Of a stretch of DNA of 64,000 nt, positions 13,701 to 28,700 are shown piece after piece. Origin of the DNA: Phoronis australis (lineage: Eukaryota > Animalia > Phoronida); the NCBI GenBank assembly GCA_002633005.1, contig NMRA01000195.1, forward strand, positions 656,378 through 720,377, read 5' to 3'. The notes below the pieces were generated by a model. The model searched no databases, had not been told where the DNA came from, and worked only from the letters and a program-made list of their open reading frames with translations. How positions within the stretch are numbered: position 1 is the stretch's first letter; each line of letters starts with the position of its first letter. A program made the position numbers and the translations under genes.

Positions 13701-16700
13701 ATAACCTCCCAGCTAATTTAACTGAAACTTTTTTAAATGAAAAATTTACATTATGTCTTGAAAAAATCAGGAAATTTTTATTACTCGCTTAGTTTGGAGT
13801 TTATGCCAAAAATGCTGTTGAGCGATATACGAATAAGACCGCTATTTTCGTTTTAAAAAAATGCCTAACTGGGTTTTGAGACACAACAAAGTTTTCATTG
13901 CTATAAATGTACATTTCTTGCACATGGAAATTAGACTTAAAAAACAAACATGGTCACGGGACAATAATATTGACACAGTAATAAGAAGCAGAATCTTCGA
14001 GCTTTCTCCTTTCAGAAAATATATACTTTTAATGGTTGACAAAGCATTGTTTTATCGATATTTGACTTAAGCGTTGTGGTCGTTTATTAAGGTCCCAGAT
14101 AATCTTAAGAGGAAGGTAGCCTGTCACTCTTCATCTAAAGGCAGTGCACATTGAGTTCAGCATCCAAGTCTATAACTTTTGCTTTCACTAATATGTACCC
14201 TCCCATATTTCTATTCATCAATGATACTGAGACCATAATAGATAAGGTAACAGGTGGAATGCTGGACCTCTTTGTAGAGGGTATTACTATTGGCCCTACT
14301 GAAAAGGTGGAACATCAAGAGAAGTCCAACTGTTACATAATGGCTCCCAAAGGAGCACAAACAAAGCACAATAGCTGGGCTTGGCCTTCTAGCCATGTGA
14401 GTGATTCACAGAAAGTGCAGGTACAATACAGGATGGGTGTGTTCCACAGTTGATGCAGGATCAAAAAGTTGATTTTACACAATTTTGGAGTATTTCGCAT
14501 GTCACCTTGGAGTTAACATACAAACATGGATTTGAGACAGCTACAGGTATGACTGAAGTGAAATCAGGGTCCGGGATCTTATCTTTTTACTCAGAATTAA
14601 ACTCAGAATTATTTTTAGCATTTTCTATTCAACTTTATGGAACTCAAGATATGTGTCTATTATTCTATGCTCGAGTACATAATGCCTCACATGAATAACT
14701 GCTTAATCCGAGTTTGCATTTGATGACCCCAGCATTATGGTTAAAAATTTGAATCTGAACTTGAAATTTCGAGTGCACGTAGAAATTCACATGCATAATT
14801 CATAATGTACTCTAATAGACACTTATCGCGAGTAGGATGGAAAGTGCCAAAATTAATTTTGAGTATGATTTCTAGTACAAAGATTCAGTTAGACCCAAGC
14901 CCCTAGTTTTAGAACTTCCTAGACAATGTCTTGGAAACTTGTGAAGTTTTGTACATAAAAGTACTCTGGGATCAAAACTGAATAAAAACCACAAATGTCT
15001 GGTGCATCTAGACAAGTTGAGGCCTCGATGATCGAGTTGGCAGCTCCATAACTCGGATTTTTGATTCTCACTGCAAAGTCCTCTCCTGTAACTGTTACTT
15101 TTACTATAATACCGGTAAGATTAATGTGGAAGTGTACATCATTGAAAATTAAAGTAAACATTATAAAAGTAAAATATTATAACATTATATTATAACATTA
15201 GATTTAGTATAAGAGTATTCGTTTCAAAAAGTTTTAATGGAACAATTTTGATATCATCAAGTTGAACTTTCATTAATCCTAAGTTTTCTTTAATAAACAG
15301 CGTTTCAATTTAGGCCAATTAACATTAAAAAATTGGCATGGTCTTGTTCTTTACTCAATTTGGAAGGGATTTCCGGGCTTGGGAGGAAACGGCAGGATGA
15401 ACATGATAGAAAACGATCTGATCTTTATTGGAGATGGGATGAACATAGTATAGAAAAGGATCTGATCTTCATTGGAGATGGGATGAAAATAAGATAGAAA
15501 ACGTCCGTTTAATCTTTATTGGAGATGGAATGAGCATATATGATACAAAATGATCTAACCTTTATTGGAGATGGGACGAACATATGACAGAAAACGTTCT
15601 AATCTTTATTGGAGACAGATAAATATCTAGAAAGCAATCTACTCTTTATTCAGGGCCTAACTGATCCATCCTGTAAAATAACCTTAATTTTGAGCCAAGA
15701 CTGTCACTGATGTTTAAACTACCAAAATCCCATGACTATGACAAATGGCTGACATGTTAATCTGCAATTCTCCCACCACTTTAGAGTGGAAAGTAACTTT
15801 TCTTCCATCCATTGCCTACTCCAGCTTGCAATACTTTACACTCAAGAGTTTCAGGAGACTTTTCCAAGTCAAAAGCAAACCTGATCTACCTGAAGGGATG
15901 GTCATTGTACTACATGTTTAGCCAAAGGCTTACAACTGACCAAGCCTGTTGAGCTATTATTAAGAATTTCCTTTCAGACTAATCTATTGGAGTCTTGAAT
16001 CAGACAGCAATCAAAGGCTGCTAACCTAAGATGACAAGACTAGGGATATGTGGAATTGGCTAAAATAAAACTGAAATTTACACTAAAAAATCTGGAAAGT
16101 AATATTGATTTTCCTTTTGACTTTGTTAACATGAAACGCACGAATACACTGGTCATCTGGTGAACATTCAAACTGCTTGGATTTATTCACACTCTTTCTG
16201 TTGTGGTTATGTTTCTTGGTATTGTTCTAAAAGACACATGCATTTCGTGTTCGCAAGAGATCAAAACTGAATACTACACAAAAACGATGCAACTCACATG
16301 GTGCTAAAAATTAAGAATGAATCATACAGTATGGGTTCAAAAGCACAACAGTTATGTTATATTGATAAACTATTGAGCTTCTGAATATACTGCAGCTTGG
16401 TGTGCAAATGGAATGAACAGATATTTTCCCTGTACCAGGTTGGAATACACCCTTTACTCCAGTATACATTACCTAATAAAGAACCCAGAATATCACATAG
16501 TTTGTATGAATGAGCTGAATAGCTGCATTGTCCAGCAAACTACAGCCATTCATCAAAGAGGGACATTCCCACACACCACAGCTGAGATTTATCCTTCAAA
16601 CAAATCTACTCCACAAAATCACTAAACCTACATATTTTGAAACGTCCTTTCAGCAATTTCCAACTCAACCATAAAATCACTGTTTAACAAGTTCTGTTAA

Positions 16701-19700
16701 GGAATTCCTGCATGTCATCAAATATTGGACAACAAGCTTCTGTGTACTAGACAGAACAAACTGTTTGAACTGAATACTCTATACAAATTATCAGCAATAT
16801 GCAGCTGTGAAGTTGTCACATTTAAAATTTCCACACAGTCCTTTACTGTAATTAAACCTCACCAATTTCACACAAAAATAAAGGCCAAAATCGAGCCTTT
16901 TCATTTTCAAAGGCATCTAACATTGTTACAGATGTCCACGATTTCTCAAAGCCTTGTTTGCTGGTACAAAATATCAAAACAATGAACCATTTCTTCTCTG
17001 CTACGGTTATTCATTTATTTTGCACAAAAATAATTGCCAAAACTGTCATTTTCCATTTTCCATGTTAAAAATCCCATTACTTTCTTACAAAGAGCGGAAA
17101 CTCTACCTAATATTGTTTTATAACATCTACACAGCACAGTTCATGAAAGTAGATTTTTTTAATCCTAATTTTTGTGAAGAAATTCACTTGCCGACCACAT
17201 TGTGAGGTAAATCAGACAAGTAGCATACTTTACTCTTTATTAACTGCAAATTTATATTCCAACACTCATTTATTGACTTGGTACTGTCTCAAACAATGAC
17301 TGCTCTTGATTAATTCGCTGGTTTCGCTGGGTCACTCAACCAGCTATGCTATCTCATGTTTTCAATGACTTCTGGCTCACAGACCAATAAGATATCTCAT
17401 CCATTTGACCCAATGGAAAGAGTAAAGTCAATTATGTTGCTTCACATTTTTAAAAAAATAAGGTCAACATTAATTCTTTATCATAGGTAACATACGAACC
17501 ACAGGTACCACCTATCGAACATTTTGAAAAAATGCAGGCAATAGTGTTATAAGCCTTTGAAACTGAAAAAAATCAAAAACAATAAGGCAATAAAAATAGC
17601 AACTTAGTTCCCAAAGGGTCCCCGCCCCAATGACAAATCCAACTGAGGACCCCAAAAGTTATAACTATCTTGGATAATTGTAATACAAAAAGTGGTTAAA
17701 TCGCAGATAAAAATGACATTCATATGCACTTAACTACTGGTTCAAATTTAACATGTTGCTGACCCGAGACCTCTTAACTTTTCAGGTTCTGATTGTGGTC
17801 ATGTTAACCCTACACATGACGACATCTGCACAAAACTGCCCAGCGCCCTTGTGTTCCTGTGCACAAATACCAACAGCAAGTGGCACAGGCTGGATGATCA
17901 ACTGTGCAAATCGCGGGTTTGGACCAAATGTACCAGCATTTACAGACACACAAGACACCGTGGTCACCTTAGATTTGAGTAACAATAACATCAACAATAT
18001 TCAGGCGTCGGCCTTTGTTAATTTTCGTTCCGGCATACAACAACTGGTGATAAAAAATAATGAAATTAGCCAAGTGGATACTCGAGCCTTTGAAGGCATG
18101 TCTTCAACACTGTACTACATGGCCTTGGACCAGAACCAACTGACCACTGTTCCATGGGATTCATTATCCCAGCTTAAACACCTGACTTACTTCATGATCA
18201 GTGACAACCAAGTCCAATCTATCAACAACCCAGGCACCTTGAACTTTGGTATTTTTACGAATCTTGACATCAGCAATAATCAACTGACTTCTCTGCCCGC
18301 TTCATCATTTGTCGGCTTAAACTCACTCGCCACTTTGAACGTGGGAGGCAATCAGATCAACGACATTCACCCTGATGTATTCAAAACTACCGGACGTACA
18401 TTGAAGAACCTGCTAATGGCGTCTAACCAACTGACAAACTTGCCCAACAACTTCATGCAGAACTTGCCAGAGTTGGCCTACTTTACAATTTCTCACAACA
18501 AGCTCCAAGAAATCATTTTCAGTGATGTGAACACTAAACTGATGTTTGCCGATTTATCAAGCAACCAACTCACCACGTTCATTCAAGGGAACAGCTTTCT
18601 GACTGCTTTGGAGTACCTGTACATAGTAGGCAACAAAATTTCAGAAATTCCAGACACCACAACAAACTCCCTACAAAAGCTCAAAGTTCTTGAAGCTGGA
18701 GGAAATTTATTTAATCAAGTACCAGCAACTTTTCTACAGTCTCACCAACAGCTGGAGATTATTGGCTTCCAGCGGAACACTATCTCTGATGTGGCAGACA
18801 ATGCATTTATCAACTCAAAGAACTTGATAAGGCTAAACCTTGCTGAAAATGCAATTTCCAGCTTGTCAGAAAAAGCATTTGCTGGCCTTGAAGGATCCCT
18901 AGAAACTTTAGACATAAGTGGAAACCAGCTAACAACACTCAACTCGAAGACCTTCCTTCCACTGACACGTCTCGGTACATTTAGTTATTATGACAATAAA
19001 CTTCACTGTGACTGCAACTTAAACTGGCTTCAGAACTCATCCTATAACTCAAAGACAGGAGCCAAGTGTGTTACACCTCCAGAACAAGCTGGTGCATCTG
19101 TGTTGAGCTTTCCAGTTACAGAATGTCCGGAAACAACTACAACACAAGCACCAACAACTACAACACAAGCACCAACAACTACAACACAAGTACCAACGAC
19201 TACGACTCAAGTACCAACGACTACGACTCAAGTACCAACAACTACAACACAAGCACCAACAACTACAACACAAGTACCAACGACTACGACTCAAGTACCA
19301 ACGACTACAACCAAGACCCCATCAAGTTCAACTCCAGTACCACCTACAACCCAGCCACCAGCAAGCACAACTATGGCACCAATAGCTACTACCAATGCTC
19401 CAACTACACCAGTGCCATCGGGCTGTCCTGCCCCAATGTGTGAATGCACTAACTTTATGCAGATGGGGTGGCTCATCAACTGCCGTGTGCGGAGGTTGGG
19501 TCCAACTTTGCCTCAGTTCACTCCTAGCAGAGATGTTGTACTGAGCCTGGACTTAACAGGAAATGATCTAGAGCAAATACAAGATAACGCATTTTCTGCA
19601 TTTCATGGTGGCATAGGTCAAATTATTTTAAACAGTAACAAAATAACAAAAATAGATTCCAATGCTTTTAATGGACTGGGGCAATCTCTTTACTCCCTAA

Positions 19701-22700
19701 GTGCTCAAGACAACAATTTAGAACAGGTGCCCTGGGCAGCTGTGGAAAAACTGAAATCAATCAATTCACTTAACCTGCGAAACAACAATATAAGGACTGT
19801 TGGTAGCCATCCTGGCATCGAGTTGGACAGACTTCAATCAATTGACCTTGGCAGCAATTTCATCAACAAGCTAGAGGATAACGACTTTACAGGATTTCCG
19901 TCTTTAGGCTCAATAGACCTCACATCCAACAGAATCAGTGAGATGAGTGGAAACACATTTAAAGGAACTGAACTTTCTCTATACATTTTAAAACTTGACA
20001 ACAACCAGCTGACATCACAAGCAACAGTTGGTGCACTTATGATTCTCTTGAAACTACGAGACCTTCATCTAAGCAATAACCAGATTGAAAATCTCTTCGA
20101 CTTTGTCCAGATGCCACCAACAATTCAAGAGTTTCACATGAGTTACAACAAGATAAAACTGGTCCCTTCAGTGTTCACACAGCATTTTCCACTTCTTAAG
20201 ATTCTACACTTAACACACAATGAAATAAGTGAGGCAAGTTTTGGACCTGCAAATAAATTATTGGAAGAAATAAACATGTCTCACAACAAACTGACAAAAG
20301 TTCCAGAAAATGTTAAGTCGTTGCAAAAGTTGGAAACGTTGGTATTATCAGATAACAAAATAAGTCAAGTAGAAAATGATACATTTACAGGTCTTGCATA
20401 CTTGAGTACACTTAATCTGGCAAACAACGTGATGAATACATTACAGCCAGGATCCCTATCAGGTCTAGAAGACGCACTACAGTCACTGGACATCAGTGGA
20501 AATCAACTACAAACTCTTGATGAACTCACACTAGGATCCATGAAAAATCTAAAAATCCTAAAGTATGACAACAATCCATTCAGGTGTGACTGTTATCTTT
20601 ACTGGATTCAATCCACAAAATACAACACACCTAAAGAACCGGCATGTGCATCCCCAGAACAGCTAACTACATTCAGCATCAAAAACTTCCCTGAAGTGGA
20701 ATGTCCAACAACAACAACATCTCAAACGACAACAGCAAGAAAAGAGACAACAACTTTGAGGAAAATAACAGCTCGGCAAAAGGAACAGACAACACAATCT
20801 GATGGTGTGACCACAGAGGCTCAAAGCCAAACAACTCAACCAGCTGGTGTGACAACAAAAGCTCAAGATCAGACATCTAAACCAGCTGGTATGAGCACAA
20901 ACGCTCATGATCAGACAACACAACCTGCTGCAGTGACCACAGAGGCTCAAGATCACACAACTCAACCTGTTGGTGTGACCACAAAGGCTCATGATCAGAC
21001 AACTAAACCAGCTGGTGTGACCACAAAGGCTCATGACCAGACAACACAACCAGCTGAAGTGACCACAAAGGCTGATGACCAGACAACAAAGCCTGCCGCT
21101 GTAACGACAAGAGCTCAAGATCCAACAACGCAACCAGCAAGTGTGACCACAAAGGCTCATGATCAGACAACTCAACCTGCTGGTGTGACCACAAGGACTC
21201 AAGATCAGACAACACAACCAGCTGGTGTGACCACAAAGGCTCATGATCAGACAACTAAACCAGCAGGTGTGATCACAAAGGTTCCTGATGACACAACTCA
21301 ACAAGCTGGTGTGACCACAAAAGTTGACCATCAGACAACTGAACCATCTGGTGTGACCACAAAGGCTCATGACCAGACAACAAAGCCTGCCGCTGTAACG
21401 ACAAGAGCTCAAGATCGAACAACGCAACCAGCTGGTGTGACCACAAAGGCTCATGATCAGACAACTCAACCTGCTGGTGTGACAACAAGGACTCAAGATC
21501 AGACAACACAACCAGCTGGTGTGACCACAAAGGCTCATGATCAGACAACAAAACCAGCAGGTGTGATCACACAGGTTCCTGATGAGACAACTCAACAAGC
21601 TGGTGTGACCACAAAAGTTGACCATCAGACAACTGAACCATCTGGTGTGACCACAAAGGCTCATGACCAGACAACAAAGCCTGCCGCAGTAACGACAAGA
21701 GCTCACGATGACCGAACAACGCAACCAGCTAGTGTGACCACAAAGGCACAAGACCAGACAACACAACCAGCTGGTATGACCACAAAGGCTAGTGATCAAA
21801 CAACTCAACCTGCTGGTGTGACCACAAGGACTCAATATCAGACAACACAACCAGCTGGTGTGACCACAAAGGCTCCTGATGAGACAACTCAACAAGCTGG
21901 TGTGACCACAAAAGTTGACCATCAGACAACTGAACCATCTGGTGTGACCACAAAGGCTCATTACCAGACAACACAACCAGCTGAAGTGACCACAAAGGCT
22001 CATGACCAGACAACAAAGCCTGCCGCTGTAACGACAAGAGCTCAGGATCGAACAACGCAGCCAGCTGGTGTGACCACAAAGGCTCATGATCAGACAACTC
22101 AACCTGCTGGTGTGACCACAATGACTCAAGATCAGACAACACAACCAGCTGGTGTGACCACAAAGGCTCATGATCAGACAACTAAACCAGCAGGTGTGAT
22201 CACAAAGGTTCCTGGTGACACAACTCAACAAGCTGGTGTGACCACAATAGTTCACCATCAGACCACTCAACCATCTGGTGTAACCACAAAGGCTCAAGAC
22301 CAGACAACACAAGCAGCTCAAGTGACCACAAAGGCTCATGACCAGACAAAACCTGCCGCTGTGACCACAAGGGCTCAAGACCGAATGACGCAACCAGCTA
22401 GTGTGACCACAAAGGCTAATGATCAAACAACTCAACCTGCTGGTGTGACCACAAAGGCTCATGATCAGACAACTAAACCAGCAGGTGTGACCACAAAGGT
22501 TCCTGATGACACAACTCAACAAGCTGGCTTGACCACAATAGTTCACCATCAGACCACTCAACCATCTGGTGTAACCACAAAGGCTCATGACCAGACATCA
22601 AAACCTGCCGCTGTGACCACAAGGGCTCAAGATCAAACAATGCAACCAGCTAGTGTGACCACAAAGGCGTATGATCAGACAACTCAACATGCTGGTGTGA

Positions 22701-25700
22701 CCACAAGGGCTGAAAATCGAACAACGCAACAGGCTGCTGTGACCACGAAATCTAATGATCAGACAACTCAGCCAGCTAGTGTGACCACAAAGACTCATGA
22801 CCAGACAACTCAACCTGCTGGTGTGACCACAAGGGCTCAAGACCAGACAACACAACCAGCTGGTGTGATCACAAAAGCACAGGAACAGACATCTAAACCA
22901 GCCACTGAGACCACAAAGGCTCTTGACGAGACAACTAAATCAGCTGGTGTGACCACAAAGGTTGATGATCAGACAACGCAGCCTGCTGCTGTGACCACAA
23001 GTGCTAAAGATCGAACAACGCAACCCGCTGGTGTGACCACTAAATCTCATGATCAGACAACTCAGCCAGCTGCAGTGACCACAAAGGCACCTGATCAAAC
23101 AACTCAATCTGCTGGTGTGACCACAAGGGCTCAAGATCAGACAACACAACCAGCTGGTGAGACCACAAAAGCACATGAACAGACATCTAAACCTGGCACT
23201 GGAACCACAAAGGCTCATGATGAGACAACCAAACCAGCTGGTGTGACCACAAAGGTTCAAGATCAAACAACTCAACCGGCTGAAGTGACCACAAAGGCTC
23301 ATGATCAGACAACAAAGCCTGCCGCTGTGACCACAAGGGCTCAAGAACATACAACGCAACCAGCTATTGTGACCACAAAGGCTCATGACCAGAGAACTCA
23401 ACCTGCTGGGATGACCACAAGGGCTCAAGACCAGACAACACAACCAGCTGGTATGAAAACAAAGGCCAATGAGCAAACAACTCAACCTGCTGGTGTGATC
23501 ACAAGGGCTCAAGATCAGACATCACAACCAGCTGGTGTGACCACAAAAGCACATGAACAGACACCTAAACCTGGCACTGAGACCACAAAGGCTCATAGTG
23601 AGACAACTCAACCATCTGGTGTAACCACAAAGCCTCATGATCAGACAACTCAATCTGCTGCTGTGACCACAAGGACTAAAGATCGAACAACGCAACTAGC
23701 TGATGTGACCACAAAGGTTCATGTTCAGACAACTCAGCCAGCTGGATTGACCACAATGGTTCATGATCAAACAAATCAATCTGCAGGTGTGACCACAAGG
23801 GCTCAAGATCAAAAAACACAACCGGCTGGTGTGACCACAAAATCACATGAACAGACATCTAAACCTGGCACTGAGACCACAAAGGTTTATGATGAGACAA
23901 CTAAACCAGCTGGTATGAACACAAAGGTTGACAATCATACAACTCAACCGACTGAAGTGACCACAAAGGCTCATGATCAGACAACGCAGCCTTCTGCTGT
24001 GACCACAAGGGCTCAGGATCGAAAAACGCAACTGGCTGGTGTGACCACAAAGGCTCATAATCAGACAACTCAGCCAGCTGGAATGACCACAAAGGCTCAT
24101 GATCAAAAAACTCAAACTGCTGGTGTGACCACAAGGACTCTAGATCAGACAACACATCCAGCCGGTGTGACCACAAGAGCATACGAACAGACATCTAAAC
24201 CTGGCACTGAGACCACAAAGGCTCATGATGACACAACTAAACCAGCTGATGTAACCACAAAAGTTCATGAAAAGACAACTCATCAAGCGGATGTGACCAC
24301 AAAAGCTCCTGATCAGACAAATCAACAAAGTGGTATGACAACAAAAGCTCATAATCAAAACACTCAGAGAGCTAGTATGACCACAAAGGCTGATCATCAG
24401 ACAACTCAACCTGCTTCTGTGACCACAATGGCTCAAGATCGAACAATGCAAACAGATAGTGTAACCACAAAGGCTCATGATCAAACAACTCAAACTGCTG
24501 GTGTGACCACAAGGGTTCAAGACCAGACAACACAACCAGCTGGTGTGACCACAAAAGCGCATGAACAAACCTCTAAACCTGGCACTGAAACCACAAAGTC
24601 TCATCATAAGACAGCTACACCAGCTGGTGTGACCACACAAGTTCAAGATCAGACAACTCAACAAGCTGGTGTAACCACAAAAGCTCCTGGTCAGACATCC
24701 CAATCAGCAGGTGTAACCACAAAGACTCCTGATCAGACATCTAAACAAGCTGGTGTGACCACGAGGGCTCACAATAAGACAACTCAACAGGCTGTTGTGA
24801 CGACAAAGGCTCACAGCCAGACAACTCAACAAGCTGAATTGACAACAAAAGTTCATGATAAGACAACTCAACCAGCATACGTTAGCACTAAGCCTCATGA
24901 TCAGACAACTCAACCAGCAGAAGTGAGCACAAAGCCTCATGATCAGACTACTCAAACAGTTGAATTGAGCACAAAGCCTCATAATCAAACAACTCAACCA
25001 CCTGAATTGAGCACTAAGGGTTATGATCAGACAACTCAACGAGCTGAATTGAGCACAAAGCCTCATAATCAGACAACTCAACCAGCTGAATTGAGCACAA
25101 AGCCTCATAATCAAACAACTCAACCAGCTGAGATGAGCACAAAGCCTCACGATCAGATAACTCAATCAGCAGATGTGAGCACAAAATCTCATGACCAGAC
25201 AACTCAACCAGCTGACTTAAGCACACGATCTCTTGTTCAGACAACTCGACAAGCTGAAGTGAGCACAAAGCCTCATGATCAAACAACTCAACCAGATGAA
25301 ATGATAACAAAGCGTGATGATCAGACAACTCAACCAACTGAAAAGAGCACTAGGCCTCATGATCAGACAACACAAGGAGCTGAAATGAGCACTGAGACCC
25401 ACGACCAGACAACTCAATTAACTCAAGAGAGCACAAAACCTCATGATCAGACAACTCAACCAGCTGAAGTGACCACAAACATTCATAATCGGACAACTCA
25501 ACGAGAAGAAGTGAGCACTAAGGATCAGTATCAGACAACTCAACCAGCCAAGAGGAGTTCACAGTCACATGATCAGACAACTCAACCTGCTGAAGAGAGC
25601 ACAAAGCCTCGAAATCAGACAACTCAACGAAGTGAAAGGAGCACAAATCCTCATGATCGGATAACACAACCAGCAGATGCAAGTACTAAGGCCCATGACC

Positions 25701-28700
25701 AGACAACACAACCATCAGAAATTAGCACAAAGGCTCATGATCAGACAACTCAAATATCTGAAGTAAGCACAAAGCCTTATGATCGAACAACTCAACCAGC
25801 TGAATTGAGCACTAAGCCTCATGATCAGACAACACAACCAGCAGATGTGAGCACAAAGACTCATGATCAAACAACTCAACCATCTGAAGCGAGCACTAAG
25901 CCTTATCATCAGACTACTCAACGAGCTGAAGTGAGCACTAAGGCTCATTATCAAACAACTCAACCAGGTGAAGTGAGCACCAAGGCTCATGATCAGACAA
26001 CTCAACCAGTTGAATTGAGCACAAGGCCTCATAATCAGACAACTCAACCAGCTGAAGCGAGCACTAAGCCTTATCATCAGACTACTCAACGAGCTGAAGT
26101 GAGCACTAAGGCTCATTATCAAACAACTCAACCAGGTGAAGTGAGCACCAAGGCTCATGATCGGACAACTCAACCAGCTGAGGTGAGCACAGAGTCACAT
26201 GATCAGACAACTCAACCTGATGAAGAGAGCACAAAGCCTCATAACCAGACAACTCAACCAGCAGATGTAAGTACTAAGGCCCATGACCAGACAACACAAC
26301 CACCAGAAATAAGCACTATGTCCAATGATCAGACAACTCAACCAGCACAAGTGAGCACCAAGGCTCATGATCAAACAAATGAACCAGCTAAAGTGAGCAC
26401 TAAGCCTCATGATCAAACAACTCAACCAGCAGAAGTGAGCACTAAGGCTCATGATCAGACAACTCAACCAGCAGAAGTGAGCACTAAGGCTCATGATCAG
26501 ACAACTCAACCAGCACAAGTGAGCACCAAGGCTCATGATCAAACAACTCAACCAGCAGAAGTGAGCACTAAGCCTAATGATCAGACTACTCAACGAGCTG
26601 AAGTGAGCACTAAGCCTCATGATCAGACTACTCAACGAGCTGAATTGAGCACTAAGCCTCATGATCAAACAACTCAACCAGCAGAAGTGAGCACTAAGCC
26701 TGATGATCAAACAACTCAACCAGCTGAAGTGAGCACTAAGCCTGATGATCAAACAACTCAACCAGCAGAACTGAGCACTAAGCCTGATGATCAGACAACT
26801 CAATCAGCAGAAGTGAGCACTAAGCCTTATGATCAGACTACTCAACGAGCTGAAGTGAGCACTAAGGCTCATTATCAAACAACTCAACCAGGTGAAGTGA
26901 GCACCAAGGCTCATGACCAGACAACTCAACCAGTTGAATTGATCACAAGGCCTCATAATCAGACAACTCAACCAGCTGAAGTGAGCACTAAGGCTCATGA
27001 TCGGACAACTCAACCATCAGAAGTGAGCACTAGGCCTTATGATCAAACAACTCAACCAGCGGAATTGAGCACAAAGCCTCATGATCAAACTACTCAACCA
27101 GCTAAAGTGAGTACTAAACCTCATGATCAGACAACTCAACCAGCTGACGTGAGCACTAAGGCTCATGATCAGACAACTCAATCAGCTGAAGTGAGCACTA
27201 AGCCTGATGATCAGACAACTCAACCAGCTGAAGTGAGCACTAAGGCTCAAGATCAGACACCTCAACAAGCAGAATTGAGCACTAAGCCTCATAATCAGAC
27301 AACTCAACCAGGTGAAGTGAGCACTAAGGCTCATGATCAGACTACTCAACGAGCTGAAGTGAGCACTAAGCCTCATGATCAAACAACTCAACCAGCTGAA
27401 TTGAGCACAAAGCCTCATGATCAGACAACACAACCAGCAGATGTGGGCACAACATCTCATGATCAGACAACTCAACCAGCTGAATTGAGCACACGGTCTC
27501 TTGTTCAGACAACTCGACAAGCTGAAGTGAGCACTAAGCCTCATGATCAAACAACAAAACGAGCTGAAGTGAGCACTAAGGCTCATGATCAGACAACTCG
27601 ACCAGCTGATGTGAGCACGAAGTCTCAAGGTGAGATAACTCCTGCAGTTGAAACAAGTACATTGTCTCAAACAACTGGTTTAGCTGAAGTGAGCACAGAG
27701 AGTCACAAACAGACAACTCCAGCAGCAGAAGTGAGTACAAAGGCACGTGACCAGACAACTTCATCAAGAGCCACAACACTGATATTCAGAACAACAGCAG
27801 TCAATACTGATGGAATAAGCACTTCCACCACCCAAACAAGTACTTCAGTGCCTAAACCTACCTGCCCAGAAGCTGGACTGTGTACATGTATACCCTACAC
27901 CTCTGATGGTGAGCAGAAATACACTCTCAACTGTGCATCTGCAGAACTGACCACAATTCCTGACTTTCTTCCAACTACTTTCATCATCACAAGTATTGAC
28001 TTGAGTGACAACAAAATCACTGAGATTCCACGACATGCCTTTAGGGAATTGACCAGCTTAGAAACTCTTAATCTAAGGAACAACAGCATCAACAAGATTG
28101 ACCGTGAAGCATTCACTGGCATAAAACGCATACTTGGTCTGCTAGATTTGAGTAGTAATAAATTAGCTGAAGTTCCCTATGCAGCACTAACCGGTCTTTC
28201 ACTAACACAGCTGAAGCTAGATAACAACAACATCGTGCGGATCAGTCAACCTCCAGATGAAACCAACCTAGCAGTTGTTGGACTCCGGTTAGAAAACAAC
28301 AAAGTGTCTACAATAGATGCTGGTGCTTTCAATGGGATCAAGAACCTGGTATTCCTACATCTTGAAAATAACGAGTTAAACTCTTTGGATACAGAAACTT
28401 TCACTGGACTGTCGTTGTTGACGCATCTTTATCTGAATGGTAACAAACTTACAAGTTCATCACTACCAGCCTTCAATAGCCTTGTTAGGCTACAAGAAAT
28501 TCACCTTGCCGATAATAAGATTATGGAACTGACAATGGGATCATTTGAAGGATACAAAAGTCTAGTAGTCATCAACTTGGCACGCAATCCAATAACAAAT
28601 TACAACATACCGCAGAACACTGATCTCAGTGACACGCTGATGAGTCTGACGATGGATGGCACAGACCTGACCCATTTTCCAACAGGCATTGAATATTTAT

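Noticed and set aside
14151-14453. 100-aa ORF and other 60-150-aa intronic ORFs
   Set aside because: No recognisable domains or splice support; expected by chance.
16932-16963. Candidate upstream ATG exon for the LRR gene (ttacag ATG TCC ACG ...)
   Set aside because: The nearby GT donor gives phase 2, incompatible with the phase-0 acceptor at 17786.
20663-27779. Many long minus-strand Cys/Leu/Ser-rich ORFs (up to 641 aa)
   Set aside because: They are antisense shadows of the 42-bp coding array, which is stop-poor on the reverse strand; no independent coding evidence.
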